Shown: positions 9,066 through 18,042 of the stretch, piece after piece
Layout: every line of letters begins with the position of its first letter
Position numbering within the stretch: position 1 is the stretch's first letter
Virus record (IMG/VR): IMGVR_UViG_3300017700_000625
Span: 1 to 52,539 of that record
Source: a virus
Lineage: Duplodnaviria > Caudoviricetes
Length of the DNA: 52,539 bases
Strand: one strand, 5' to 3'
The notes under the pieces: generated by a model
What the model was told of the DNA's origin: nothing
What the model saw: only the letters and a program-made list of their open reading frames with translations
Databases searched by the model: none
Made by a program: the position numbers and the translations under genes

Positions 9066-9478
9066 CCCGCAGCCCTCACATAAATCCACGTCGGCCACCA
9101 CTGGACGATTATGCCGCTGAATTCCTGCGCCTCATACGTCGCAATGAACCACGCTTCAAGTTCAGCCCAATCCGCGAACCCGTCGCGGTGCGCGAACATA
9201 TCCAGCTTGAACGCCGCCGATTCCCACGCGCATCGATCGCCGCCGATGCGATAGCCGCGCGCAGGCCCGAACCGCATGTCAACCGCGTCGACGCCCTGAC
9301 ACATGGCCTCGCCAATCAGCTTGCAATCAGCGGTCCGCATCCCGGTGTAAAGCTTCACCGGCATCCCGGCCACGGCATTCGCGCGGCCGTCGACACGGCG
9401 CCGCCTGATCGTCTGGCGCTTTTTGCCAGAGGCGATGAGCTCCACGAACTGAGCCTTGAAATTAAGAGTCGGCGCCAT
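9062..9478 (-). CDS. ASCH (PUA-like) domain protein
   Basis: LNF...IASGKKRQTIRR...LYTGMRT...FAHRDGF. Confidence 0.85.
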   Translation of the reverse strand: MAPTLNFKAQFVELIASGKKRQTIRRRRVDGRANAVAGMPVKLYTGMRTADCKLIGEAMCQGVDAVDMRFGPARGYRIGGDRCAWESAAFKLDMFAHRDGFADWAELEAWFIATYEAQEFSGIIVQWWPTWIYVRAAG

Positions 9479-9593
9479 CGTCTTTCCCCTTGAACCAGTC
9501 GCCGGCGCGCGTTTCAGTTTTGCCCCAGCCGCTTAGCCACATAAACGCCAGCACCGCCAGCGCGCCCAATAGAATTGCGAGTCCCCAATTCAT
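9462..9593 (-). CDS. Small single-TM protein (43 aa, absent from ORF track)
   Basis: MNWGLAILLGALAVLAFMWLSGW; ATGA overlap. Confidence 0.5.
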   Translation of the reverse strand: MNWGLAILLGALAVLAFMWLSGWGKTETRAGDWFKGKDDGADS

Positions 9594-10033
9594 CGCCCGC
9601 CACCTTGTGGCCAGTCCTTCCCGGCTTCAATGCTGAAATGCGCGCCGCAGCAATTGGCCGTCGTGCATTTGATTTCCGCGCCGCGATGCCAGCGCGCGTA
9701 ATGCAGCGAACCGCCATCGCAGTTAGGACAGTCAACCGCGCCCGACGTCCGCAGCGGGATCGGCGCAGGCAGCGCCTGAACGGCTTTGGTGAGGCGCTCC
9801 CTGCTTTCCGCCTGCCAAGCCTTCCACGTCGCGCGCTCATCAGTCGTGTAGTCCTGGCGCTTGTCGCAGTAGTCTGCGGCGGCGGGTTCGGGCATGCAGG
9901 GCCGCGACGCTCCCGGCGCCGACAAGTCCACGCCAGCGGCGCAGAGCGGGCCGCGGCCTGTCAGCCCGGTTTCATAGCCGTAATGGCGGCAGTGATGCGT
10001 GGCGCGCTGCGGCCGCTGAAATGTGCGCGTCAT
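9590..10033 (-). CDS. Cys-rich, probable Zn-binding protein
   Basis: HCRHY, CAAG, CPNC, C...NCC. Confidence 0.65.
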   Translation of the reverse strand: MTRTFQRPQRATHHCRHYGYETGLTGRGPLCAAGVDLSAPGASRPCMPEPAAADYCDKRQDYTTDERATWKAWQAESRERLTKAVQALPAPIPLRTSGAVDCPNCDGGSLHYARWHRGAEIKCTTANCCGAHFSIEAGKDWPQGGGR

Positions 10034-10238
10034 GGCTGCTGCCTCCGATAAAACCCAACCTCACCAGTCCAAGTGCGGGCGCGACTGTAAACCCAGATAT
10101 TCCAGCCAACGCGCTGTTTCGTGCCGCCATAATTATCCCAGCGCACAACGCGAATGATGATCGGTTGCCACCACGCGAAGCGTTCGGGCTGATGGGCGCA
10201 TGGGTGGTGCGGAAAGCGCTTAATCGCGCGGAGGTGCA

Positions 10239-11180
10239 TCACGGCTGCGGCCTCCCGTTGTGTTCCACGCCGTCCAGCAGGCGGCCGGCGGATTGCTTGC
10301 CCACGCGGTAAACCGATTGCATTTTCGCCTCCGTCCACCCGTCTGGCTCTTTCGGATTGTAGCGCGAGCCATCGGGGCGGAAGCATTGGCTTTGAATGCC
10401 GCGTGAATAGTTAGGCCCCCACTCGCCCCATTGCTTGAAATGGAACGGAACCCCAGCCGCGGCGCACTGGTCACGCAGAGAGCGCGCCCAATCGGGATGC
10501 ATCGGGCGAGCGTTCGCACCGGACTCGCCGCCGCAGATTACCCAATCAATTTGCGGCGCGATGACGCCGAGAGTGTCGACGCCATGGACGCGCCGGCCAG
10601 TGAGGGAGTCGATATGCGTTAAGTGTTCCGCTGGCCAAAGCATTCGCGTGAGTTCCACCGGCCCCAGCATCGGCTCAACCGATAGGAAGACGCGCGGGAT
10701 CTGCAGCGCAGCCTTCGCGGCCAGCAGCTTCGGAATGTCCCGGTCCGCTTCCTCCTGATTGACGACGGTGGCGCCGAGCCATGCGTTAGGCGGCCAGCGC
10801 AACACCTCGCGCAAGGTCATACCGTCGACGTTCCCGACGCGCTTCGTGAGAACTAGCGCGATGATGTTGGGTGCATTGGCGATGGCGTCGAACAGGGCAG
10901 CGCGCAACGCTGGCGGCGCCTGATTGTCGAACGTGTCAGACATGCTGTTGATGAAGACGAACCGATTACGCCCCTCGCGCCCGGCCTTGCGGTTGATCGC
11001 CTGCAGCGTTTTCGGTGCGCCCTTGATTTCAAGCACCGCGCCATTCCATTCCCAATCCTTCAGCCGCTTGGCCATGCGCTTCGCATAGCAGTTGTCACAG
11101 CCGGGGCTGATCTGCGTGCAGCCCCACCAGAAGCTGACGGAGTCGTCGCACCATTCGATTTCGGTATCAGCGCCCATCAT
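10239..11180 (-). CDS. Phage Gp37/Gp68 (DUF5131) radical-SAM-like protein
   Basis: TEIEW, GCTQISPGCDNCYA, VFINSMSD, LTKR, SVEPML, WVICGGESG, FHFKQWG. Confidence 0.93.
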   Translation of the reverse strand: MMGADTEIEWCDDSVSFWWGCTQISPGCDNCYAKRMAKRLKDWEWNGAVLEIKGAPKTLQAINRKAGREGRNRFVFINSMSDTFDNQAPPALRAALFDAIANAPNIIALVLTKRVGNVDGMTLREVLRWPPNAWLGATVVNQEEADRDIPKLLAAKAALQIPRVFLSVEPMLGPVELTRMLWPAEHLTHIDSLTGRRVHGVDTLGVIAPQIDWVICGGESGANARPMHPDWARSLRDQCAAAGVPFHFKQWGEWGPNYSRGIQSQCFRPDGSRYNPKEPDGWTEAKMQSVYRVGKQSAGRLLDGVEHNGRPQP

Positions 11181-11395
11181 CTTGCCCCGGGGTTAAAAGC
11201 ATTCACGCGCACATAGCCCTTGCGGTCGTGTTCGTCGCGAAAGACGCCAACCACAGAGGTCACGTTGACCGCGTCGGCCTCTGTTTCTTTCCACGCGATT
11301 TTAACCGCGCAGGTCGGATCATGTCGCGCCAGTTCGGCCATGAGGTCGGCCACGGTCACGATTTTCAGCCGGTCACGCTTTGCCATCGTATCCAT
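11177..11395 (-). CDS. Hypothetical protein
   Basis: 72 aa, coupled; TVADLMAEL...P motif common in phage ORFs. Confidence 0.6.
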   Translation of the reverse strand: MDTMAKRDRLKIVTVADLMAELARHDPTCAVKIAWKETEADAVNVTSVVGVFRDEHDRKGYVRVNAFNPGAR

Positions 11396-11759
11396 CCAAC
11401 AGCGCCGCGACCTGTTCCGGCGTCTCGCACGCGAGCAATTCCGGCCAGGGCTGCGACTTCAAAAAATATTGGCCGGTTGATACCTGCCGGGAGGTTAAGG
11501 CATCGATAATGCGGCGGGTTTCTGTGCTGCCGCTGCTGAAATCGATGACATGGCGCACCATCCTGCCGCGCGTTGCGAACACCACTTCGCGCACGTCACG
11601 CCCCAGCACTATGGCCGACGGCGGCCGCAGGTGAGCGGGGAAGTCTCTGGCCGCGTGCTTGTCGAGATTGTCGAACAGAAACACGTCGACCAGCTGGCCG
11701 CCGTTCGGGTGGCGCATCGGCGGCTTGGCCGGGCGCGCGGGCGTGGGTTCAGTTGCCAT
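11373..11759 (-). CDS. Hypothetical protein
   Basis: 128 aa, SD ggggga. Confidence 0.6.
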   Translation of the reverse strand: MATEPTPARPAKPPMRHPNGGQLVDVFLFDNLDKHAARDFPAHLRPPSAIVLGRDVREVVFATRGRMVRHVIDFSSGSTETRRIIDALTSRQVSTGQYFLKSQPWPELLACETPEQVAALLDGYDGKA

Positions 11760-11949
11760 CTAGGTTCCCCCTGACGTTTTCGACGGTTTGCTTTTGGCGT
11801 TCGGCCTCGCGTTCGGCCACCCACGCGCGTAAGTCTATCGTGCGCTGGTGGATGCTGCGCGCGGTCCATCCCATCCACACGCCTTGCACCGCGGCCAAGA
11901 TGATCGCCACCCAATGCCAGCCCGGCCAGTTCATACAATCAGGCGCCAT
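11749..11949 (-). CDS. Small single-TM protein
   Basis: WHWVAIILAAVQGVWMGW. Confidence 0.55.
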   Translation of the reverse strand: MAPDCMNWPGWHWVAIILAAVQGVWMGWTARSIHQRTIDLRAWVAEREAERQKQTVENVRGNLDGN

Positions 11950-12151
11950 CGTCTTCAGGCTCCCCCGCAAGGCCGCAATAACCGATGTTGTCATTCGTCT
12001 TCAGCGTCCACCGCCAAGCCATGCACGCTGACGCCACGCACATGCGCTGAACGCTGTGGCGCCTGTCCTCATCAGCCGGAATTAGCACCCGTCCAGCTGA
12101 GGCCGGGCCGCAGCAAATCATGCTCTGCGCGTCAGACTCACTAACCAGCAT
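11939..12151 (-). CDS. Small Cys-rich protein
   Basis: CVASACMAWRW...GYCGLAG; SD ggaggg. Confidence 0.65.
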   Translation of the reverse strand: MLVSESDAQSMICCGPASAGRVLIPADEDRRHSVQRMCVASACMAWRWTLKTNDNIGYCGLAGEPEDDGA

Positions 12152-12500
12152 CTGCATCCCCTCCCAAATCCGCAAAGGCGTCATCCCACGCCTTGTCCAT
12201 CGCCGCGCCCATGGCCTTGCCATCGGGGAACAGCGCATATGCGCCAGCCCATGCGCGCATCAGGCCGATGAAGCGGGCGCTTGGAATGTTGCCGGGCGCG
12301 GGATCCTCGCCGGGCGCGTAATATTCCAGCGCCTGATGCACCGCCGAATACATGAGCGAGAATGCAGCGGCCTGAATGATCGCCGGCGCCATGCCCGGTT
12401 CAGCCAGCGCCACGACTCGAGACACGGCCAAGTTGGCATCCATCGCAGCCTTGCGGCCGAGGTCATCGCAGATGGCCTGATTTGCTGGGGGCTGGCTCAT
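12141..12500 (-). CDS. Hypothetical protein
   Basis: 119 aa, ATGA overlap. Confidence 0.6.
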   Translation of the reverse strand: MSQPPANQAICDDLGRKAAMDANLAVSRVVALAEPGMAPAIIQAAAFSLMYSAVHQALEYYAPGEDPAPGNIPSARFIGLMRAWAGAYALFPDGKAMGAAMDKAWDDAFADLGGDADAG

Positions 12501-12688
12501 GGCGTCACCACCGTAAACCGCCCGTCATCGAATTCAGCCGCCGGCCGAACCCACACGCGCCCGGCCGCATCGTCATAGACAACGCAGGCGGTGAGGTCGG
12601 CTTCAATCTCCCCGCGCGTGATGACGCGATAGAGGCGGCCAGATTTGACGTGAAGGTGGGTGGCGCGCCATGTTGCTGCAATCTGCAT
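12497..12688 (-). CDS. DUF1653-like small protein
   Basis: HVKSGRLYRVI...VVY...VWVRP..EF..GRF. Confidence 0.7.
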   Translation of the reverse strand: MQIAATWRATHLHVKSGRLYRVITRGEIEADLTACVVYDDAAGRVWVRPAAEFDDGRFTVVTP

Positions 12689-12690
12689 GG

Positions 12691-12945
12691 CTAGAACTCC
12701 ACCTTATCGTCATCCGTCGGCGGCGGGACATACAGCGCCACCGGTTTGGTTGCGAACTTCGGGGCCTGGTCGGTGACGCCGCGCACATAGACCCGCTTTT
12801 TCCGCAGTGACTTGTGGTCCGTCACCTCGCCCACGTCATCGGGTTTCAGCGGGGTGACCCCGTCTTCAATGTCCTGATGGTAGGTGTATGTGCGAATATC
12901 GCCGGGGTCTGGCGAGAACGCGACTGACACATAAACGCGCTTCAT
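12691..12945 (-). CDS. Hypothetical protein with acidic C-terminus
   Basis: ATGA-coupled start; RTYTY...; ends DDDKVEF. Confidence 0.65.
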   Translation of the reverse strand: MKRVYVSVAFSPDPGDIRTYTYHQDIEDGVTPLKPDDVGEVTDHKSLRKKRVYVRGVTDQAPKFATKPVALYVPPPTDDDKVEF

Positions 12946-13157
12946 TTGGGGAACCTTTCTGATTGGACGTCCAGCGCGGTGCGGATATCTGCCCACGCTT
13001 CCGGGTTGTGCTGCTCACAGCGGCCTAGCAGTTCGCGATTATCCACAATCCACTGCCCCCACGCCTCGAGGTCGCGAAGCTGGCGAATGGCCTTGATGGC
13101 CTGGCCAGCCCACGTCTCGAATTCCCCGTGGCGTAGTGATTGGTGCATCAAAATCAT
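12942..13157 (-). CDS. Hypothetical protein, first gene of leftward accessory operon
   Basis: Follows the TGCAGGAC leader; start at 13157 or 13148. Confidence 0.6.
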   Translation of the reverse strand: MILMHQSLRHGEFETWAGQAIKAIRQLRDLEAWGQWIVDNRELLGRCEQHNPEAWADIRTALDVQSERFPK

Positions 13158-13171
13158 GTCCTGCAAGCCGC

Positions 13172-13235
13172 TTGACTAACTATCCAGAATTCTGGATATG
13201 TCAACCTGTCGGTAATGATTGCCAGGCATAGTCGG
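13172..13235. promoter_or_regulatory. Divergent control region 1: 18-bp palindrome TATCCAGAATTCTGGATA between opposed TTGAC hexamers, plus CtrA-like TCAA-N7-GTAAT
   Basis: TTGACT 13172(+), TTGACA 13204-13199(-), palindrome 13181-13198, box 13201-13216. Confidence 0.8.
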
Positions 13236-13257
13236 CTCATTGCAGGGAGCAAACGCC

Positions 13258-13821
13258 ATGACCTACCAAACAGAATTCCCCGATTTCGCCGCCGCCGACA
13301 TGCCGCAGATTCCGGCTGGCTGGCAGGATATCAGCTGGCACAACGACTCATGCCCCGGCTTTTCGGCCACGCCGCAAGCGCTGGCCGGAACCGGCGTCAG
13401 CATATGGGTTGACTACGCCGACGCCTCGCGCCGCGAAGTCCCCGAGTCCCCGCGCTTCACGGTCTACATGACCGACGCTGAGGGCAACCAGATTGCCGAC
13501 TTTTCTACCGACGATTGGGCCGAACTGTTGGCGCAGGCCGAACTGTTCGCGCACCGTTGGGTGCTGATTTCGCTGCTGCAGGGGCAGATTGATGATGAGG
13601 CGCAGGCCGTTGAATTCATCACGGCCCTGCACGTCACCGGCTGCAGCTATCACTTTGAAGACGACGCCACCGAATGCCTCGCTGGTATCGATTGGCTGAC
13701 GGATGCTGACCGCGTGGCGATTAACGATATCGTCGCCTCCATCTATGCGCTGGATTGCTGGACGAAAGAGCACTGCCCTTGTTCGGTCGCGCTTTCGCTT
13801 GACGAAAAAACGGCGGCTTAG
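13258..13821 (+). CDS. Hypothetical acidic protein (WQDISWHND and YHFEDD segments)
   Basis: SD gggag before ATG 13258. Confidence 0.75.
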   Translation: MTYQTEFPDFAAADMPQIPAGWQDISWHNDSCPGFSATPQALAGTGVSIWVDYADASRREVPESPRFTVYMTDAEGNQIADFSTDDWAELLAQAELFAHRWVLISLLQGQIDDEAQAVEFITALHVTGCSYHFEDDATECLAGIDWLTDADRVAINDIVASIYALDCWTKEHCPCSVALSLDEKTAA

Positions 13822-13833
13822 GCCTCCGTTAAC
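13818..13833 (+). promoter_or_regulatory. CtrA-box-like TTAG-N7-TTAAC
   Basis: One mismatch to TTAA-N7-TTAA; followed by N10, TAAGAC and the CTCATTGCAGG leader. Confidence 0.65.
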
Positions 13834-13876
13834 CTCCACCCGCTAAGACAGTCTCATTGCAGGAGAGACAAACACC

Positions 13877-14482
13877 ATGAACAGCACCGAAAAGCTTCAA
13901 GCGCTGACTGCCGAACTGAACGGCCTGACAGGCGCTGAACTGACTGACGCCACCCTTGAGGTTTCATATTGCGTCGCCCTTGAGGTGGCCGGGCGTGACG
14001 TCGACTCAATCAGCGATTGGGAGCGCATCAACCACCTCCCCAGCGATGAGCAAGCCTTTATCACGGCTTGGAATTCGGCCTATGAGCGGATGCACGCCGC
14101 CGCCGACGCTGAGCGCGCGAAGGAAGCGGCATCGGCAACCGCAAACATTCGCAGCCGCGCCAAGATGGTTGAAGACTACGGAACCGACGTTCTGGCGCCG
14201 CATGGCCTCCCGGGCGGCAGCGCTGACGAACTCTGGCATGAAGTGATTGCGGTTCGCGATGGCGAAAAAAGCGAATGGCTTGGCGACGCATGGGCGCCCG
14301 CCAGAACCCGCGAGCAAATCCAAGCCGCTGCCGATGCGCTCGCCAAGTTTTCGCGCGAGTGGGAAGAAATGGAGGAAGCTTGCCGCGACCTCAAAGACAC
14401 GCTGCGCACGGCTGAATCGCGCGGCATCACCGGCGCCCGCGTCGACGCCATCCGCGCCGAACTCGCGCGCATCGATAACTAG
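13877..14482 (+). CDS. Hypothetical helical protein
   Basis: SD aggag; 201 aa. Confidence 0.75.
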   Translation: MNSTEKLQALTAELNGLTGAELTDATLEVSYCVALEVAGRDVDSISDWERINHLPSDEQAFITAWNSAYERMHAAADAERAKEAASATANIRSRAKMVEDYGTDVLAPHGLPGGSADELWHEVIAVRDGEKSEWLGDAWAPARTREQIQAAADALAKFSREWEEMEEACRDLKDTLRTAESRGITGARVDAIRAELARIDN

Positions 14483-14491
14483 GGGGACGCC

Positions 14492-14671
14492 ATGACGGTC
14501 AAATTCCGCGTTCGCGTCACCCGCGCCTACATCACCAAACAGAACCGCAGCCGCACGTCATTTTCTGAGGAATTCGAAAACCGGGAAATGGCGAAAACGT
14601 GGATGATAGACCGCGCCCGGAAAGCCGCGCGCAACGATAACGCCGAGTCCTACATCATTGAAGAATGCTAG
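14492..14671 (+). CDS. Hypothetical protein (59 aa, absent from ORF track)
   Basis: MTVKFRVRVTRAY...IIEEC*; SD ggggga. Confidence 0.65.
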   Translation: MTVKFRVRVTRAYITKQNRSRTSFSEEFENREMAKTWMIDRARKAARNDNAESYIIEEC

Positions 14672-14680
14672 GGGGAACCT

Positions 14681-14938
14681 ATGACCATCCACGAATTTAT
14701 CGCCCGCTATTCTGTCGCGCAGCGCAGCCTGACTGCCCCGTGCGATGGCGTGGTGATGCACCAGCTGCGAGTCCCGTCGGCGCCAGAGGATAGCCGCCAC
14801 TTTGGCGCGGTGGTCGACGGTGACCGCGCGTGGGTTGTCCCGTTCTTCACTGAGGCGATGGCCGCCACCTTCATCTATGGCGCCGCCGGTGCGCTGTATG
14901 AGGCTGCGGCCGATGCACTGCAGGACGTCGCAGCATGA
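14681..14938 (+). CDS. Hypothetical protein
   Basis: SD ggggga. Confidence 0.65.
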   Translation: MTIHEFIARYSVAQRSLTAPCDGVVMHQLRVPSAPEDSRHFGAVVDGDRAWVVPFFTEAMAATFIYGAAGALYEAAADALQDVAA

Positions 14939-15204
14939 TGCACCTTGGCTGGACGTATCGTCAGGACGATGACCCCGACGCCAAGAGCGTGCGCCGCCTG
15001 CTCTATTCGGCGTGGCATGCTGAGGGCCATTCGCGCGTCATCGATCATACCGGCTATGAGGTGATGAGCGCAGAGGCTTTCCGCGCGCACATTGACGCCG
15101 GTTTTCCGCCCCGCCGGCAGCTGCTGGACAAGCACAGCAAGCGCATCAGCATGCCGTGGGATAACGCCTCAATCATTCAGCACGCAAAGGAACTGGTGGA
15201 ATGA
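14935..15204 (+). CDS. Hypothetical protein
   Basis: ATGA overlaps. Confidence 0.65.
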   Translation: MMHLGWTYRQDDDPDAKSVRRLLYSAWHAEGHSRVIDHTGYEVMSAEAFRAHIDAGFPPRRQLLDKHSKRISMPWDNASIIQHAKELVE

Positions 15205-15401
15205 CCGTCACCCCGATTACGCCCGTGGCCAGCACGATGGCCTATGACGAAAAGCGCCGCCGCTTCACGGCCGTGCGCATCACCCTGAGCGATGGAAGCG
15301 TGGTCAGCATCCCGGCCAGGGTTACCGAAATACTAATTGACCACGCGCCACAAGATCCAAGGCCGCGGCCGGCGCTGCGGCTTGTCGACGTGAAGGCCTG
15401 A
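15201..15401 (+). CDS. Hypothetical protein
   Basis: ATGA overlap. Confidence 0.6.
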   Translation: MTVTPITPVASTMAYDEKRRRFTAVRITLSDGSVVSIPARVTEILIDHAPQDPRPRPALRLVDVKA

Positions 15402-15402
15402 C

Positions 15403-15588
15403 ATGCCGAAGGTGCATATGATCGTCGTGCGTGACGATAAGTGGGAAACGATTTGCGGCCGCTGGCTGTCGACCACAAACGCCATTCGCGCTAGCGCCAT
15501 TTCACTGCACGGCCAACCACATCGCGGCCTCACGCCATATCGCAGTCAGGTAACGTGCAAAAAGTGCGTCGCCAAGTTGAAGGGTTAG
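15403..15588 (+). CDS. Small Zn-finger-like protein
   Basis: VH...TICG...VTCKKC. Confidence 0.65.
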   Translation: MPKVHMIVVRDDKWETICGRWLSTTNAIRASAISLHGQPHRGLTPYRSQVTCKKCVAKLKG

Positions 15589-15595
15589 CCCCCTT

Positions 15596-15766
15596 CTAGG
15601 GAACCACCAGCGCCAGCATCAGCAACAGGCCGGCGAGCGAACACAGCGCCCGCTGGCCGATCTGTTCCACCTCATTGGCGATCGGGCGGAACGGCCCGCC
15701 GATGAAGCCCAGCACCCACGCAGCGAACACGCAGATGACGGCGCCGGCGAGGAACCACGGAGTCAC
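15596..15766 (-). CDS. Small 2-TM protein (56 aa, absent from ORF track)
   Basis: GTGA overlap with the MuF stop; PWFLAGAVICVFAAWVLGF. Confidence 0.55.
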   Translation of the reverse strand: MTPWFLAGAVICVFAAWVLGFIGGPFRPIANEVEQIGQRALCSLAGLLLMLALVVP

Positions 15767-16587
15767 AGCGTCAGGCCTTCGGCCGCGAATTCGGCTTCCT
15801 CTGCCTCGCTATAGATTATCGCCTGAGCCTTGCAGCGGCAGCGGATATCTTGGCCGGGTTCACCGGTCGACGGCGGCGGCTTTCCCCACGTAAAAACCTT
15901 GTTGTTGTTCGCGACATGCTTAGGCCTGACGCGGTCATCGCCCACGGTGCGCCACTTGTATCGATCAAGCCCGGCCTGCGTGTGGCGGGCCTTGTCCAGC
16001 GAGCCGGAATATTTCCCCATCTGATCGGATGCGATGAGGCGCGCGCGCTTCGGTGCAAAATCCAAATCCTCGCGCAGTGATTTGGCCAACTGCCTGGCGT
16101 TCGTCCCGTCCTGATATGCTTGGGCAACGCGGGCCTCTATGGCCGTCCTGATATCGTCATCCAATTTGGTGATGTAGGCGACATTCCGCATGGTGGCCGC
16201 CTCCACCTGCTTTCGCACGTCGCCCATGGCCATGATGGGCTCGATATCCAACCGGGTCGCACCCTTCACGACGCCGGCCCAGCGGCGCCGGTGCCAACGC
16301 TCCACGTCGGTTGCCCAATCCTCGAGTTTCGGCCCGATGGTCGCGAGCGTGACCGCGCCTGCCTCGCCTAGCGTGGTCATCATGCCGGTGACAATCTGCT
16401 GCGTGACCTGGCCGCTTGCCCACACGTCTTCAATGTAGCCGATACGCTGCATGTATGCGGCCACCATCGGGCGGATTATCGAATATAGATCATCCTCGAG
16501 CGCTTTCGTGGCCTCGATCATGGCCAGCACTTTGGTGACCTTTACGCCGGCCTCATGCGCCATCTTTGTCAGGTCGAAATCAGCCAC
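15763..16587 (-). CDS. Minor head protein, MuF/SPP1 gp7 family
   Basis: RARLIASDQ, YKWRTVGDDRVRPKH, PGQDIRCRC. Confidence 0.92.
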   Translation of the reverse strand: MADFDLTKMAHEAGVKVTKVLAMIEATKALEDDLYSIIRPMVAAYMQRIGYIEDVWASGQVTQQIVTGMMTTLGEAGAVTLATIGPKLEDWATDVERWHRRRWAGVVKGATRLDIEPIMAMGDVRKQVEAATMRNVAYITKLDDDIRTAIEARVAQAYQDGTNARQLAKSLREDLDFAPKRARLIASDQMGKYSGSLDKARHTQAGLDRYKWRTVGDDRVRPKHVANNNKVFTWGKPPPSTGEPGQDIRCRCKAQAIIYSEAEEAEFAAEGLTL

Positions 16588-18042
16588 CTACTTGGCTTTC
16601 GTGGCGGGTTTCTTTGCGGCCGCCGGCGGCTCATCAGGCGGAAGCTTGTTGGGGTCGACGGGGATGGGCGCAGGCTCTGGCCGCTTCATGTCGAGTTCGT
16701 CGGGCGTGAGTTCGGCCAACGCATCCTCGAGGCCGGGATATTGGCCGCTTTCCACCATCCGATTTTGTATTGTCTTTTCCAGCGCCGCGGTGGGGATCAT
16801 GCCAGAGTTCGCATAGGCCGTGTCGGCCTCAGCGTGCAGCTTGTTGACCTCTGCCGCCTCTTTCGGGCTCATGGTCCAGATGCTCGCCCACTCATACCAA
16901 ATCTTTTTCGGGATGCTGCCGAACGTGTGGCGCAACAGCATGTCATCAAGGCGTGACAGCGATGGGCGCACGACGCGGTTCTGCATCGCCTGAATGGTGC
17001 CGGCATAATTGCGCATATCGGAATCGCCGGTGGAGTTCAGGCCCGCAGGCGACTGGCTGAGGAAGCGGGTTGCCGGGATATCGCACGCGCCAGATACGAT
17101 TTGAAGGAAGGTGTATAGCACCTTATCCACGTTGTTCAGCGCCAGCTGCTTGGACTCGTATGTCTCGCGCCCGCCCATCAGAACAACTTTATGCAGAGTC
17201 TTGCCAAGCCGCATGAGCCGCAGCCGTTCCATCACCCTGGCTGAACCCGCGTCATCGGAAAGCGCGCCCTCGAGTCCCTCCATCGTGACCACGTCAATTT
17301 TTGCTTCCTCCATCAGCGTTGCCGCAGATGAGGAACTGAGGCCGGCGTCTCGCACGGCATTATAGACCGCATCCAAAACGCTATCGCCCCACGGGTCTTG
17401 TTCCATCATGGGGTCAGGATATTCGGCGCCGATGAAGCGATGCACGCGCGACCAGTGAATTTCAATCGCGGGCGTGTTGCCGGTGGATTGCAGCTGGTAG
17501 AATTCAGGCTGCCCGAAATTCTCCGCAGCAGGATCCCAATTCAGTTGATGGCCGTTCGCCTGCAGGCGCTGGCGCGGAACGCTGACCAGATATTTCAGCC
17601 CGTCTTTCTGCACGCCCTCAACAGTCATGGGCGCTTTCAGGTCGCGGCCGCCATCGCCGCTGATGATGGCGCCGCCGCCAAAGAGGCGCGAGTATTTGAG
17701 GGCGCGGTTGACATGGTAGACGTAGCGCAGCTTTTTTTCGGCATTCTCGAGCGCTTCAATCTGCTTGGGGTTCGCCTGCCAGGCGCGCCACTCCTGCGTC
17801 ATGTCATCGGACGGAATGTCGATAATCTTCCGGCTCATCCAGTCGCTGCGGTACATCGCCTGCAGCGTTTCTTCATCGATCGCCGTGTGGCTGTAGACGT
17901 CATATCCGCGCCGGCCGGTCATCAGGTTCATGCCGGTGACCAGATTGGAGAGGCCGCGGTCATTGACCGGCTGCGCCTTGCCGCTGTCGACCACCTTAAG
18001 ATTAGCGCCCTTTGCGGCCGCTGGTTTCTTGCCCGCCATCAC
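16588..18042 (-). CDS. Portal protein, DUF1073 family
   Basis: YRSDWMSRKIIDIP, RLFGGG, WGDSVL, DIPATRF.SQSPAGLNSTGDSD. Confidence 0.92.
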   Translation of the reverse strand: MMAGKKPAAAKGANLKVVDSGKAQPVNDRGLSNLVTGMNLMTGRRGYDVYSHTAIDEETLQAMYRSDWMSRKIIDIPSDDMTQEWRAWQANPKQIEALENAEKKLRYVYHVNRALKYSRLFGGGAIISGDGGRDLKAPMTVEGVQKDGLKYLVSVPRQRLQANGHQLNWDPAAENFGQPEFYQLQSTGNTPAIEIHWSRVHRFIGAEYPDPMMEQDPWGDSVLDAVYNAVRDAGLSSSSAATLMEEAKIDVVTMEGLEGALSDDAGSARVMERLRLMRLGKTLHKVVLMGGRETYESKQLALNNVDKVLYTFLQIVSGACDIPATRFLSQSPAGLNSTGDSDMRNYAGTIQAMQNRVVRPSLSRLDDMLLRHTFGSIPKKIWYEWASIWTMSPKEAAEVNKLHAEADTAYANSGMIPTAALEKTIQNRMVESGQYPGLEDALAELTPDELDMKRPEPAPIPVDPNKLPPDEPPAAAKKPATKAK

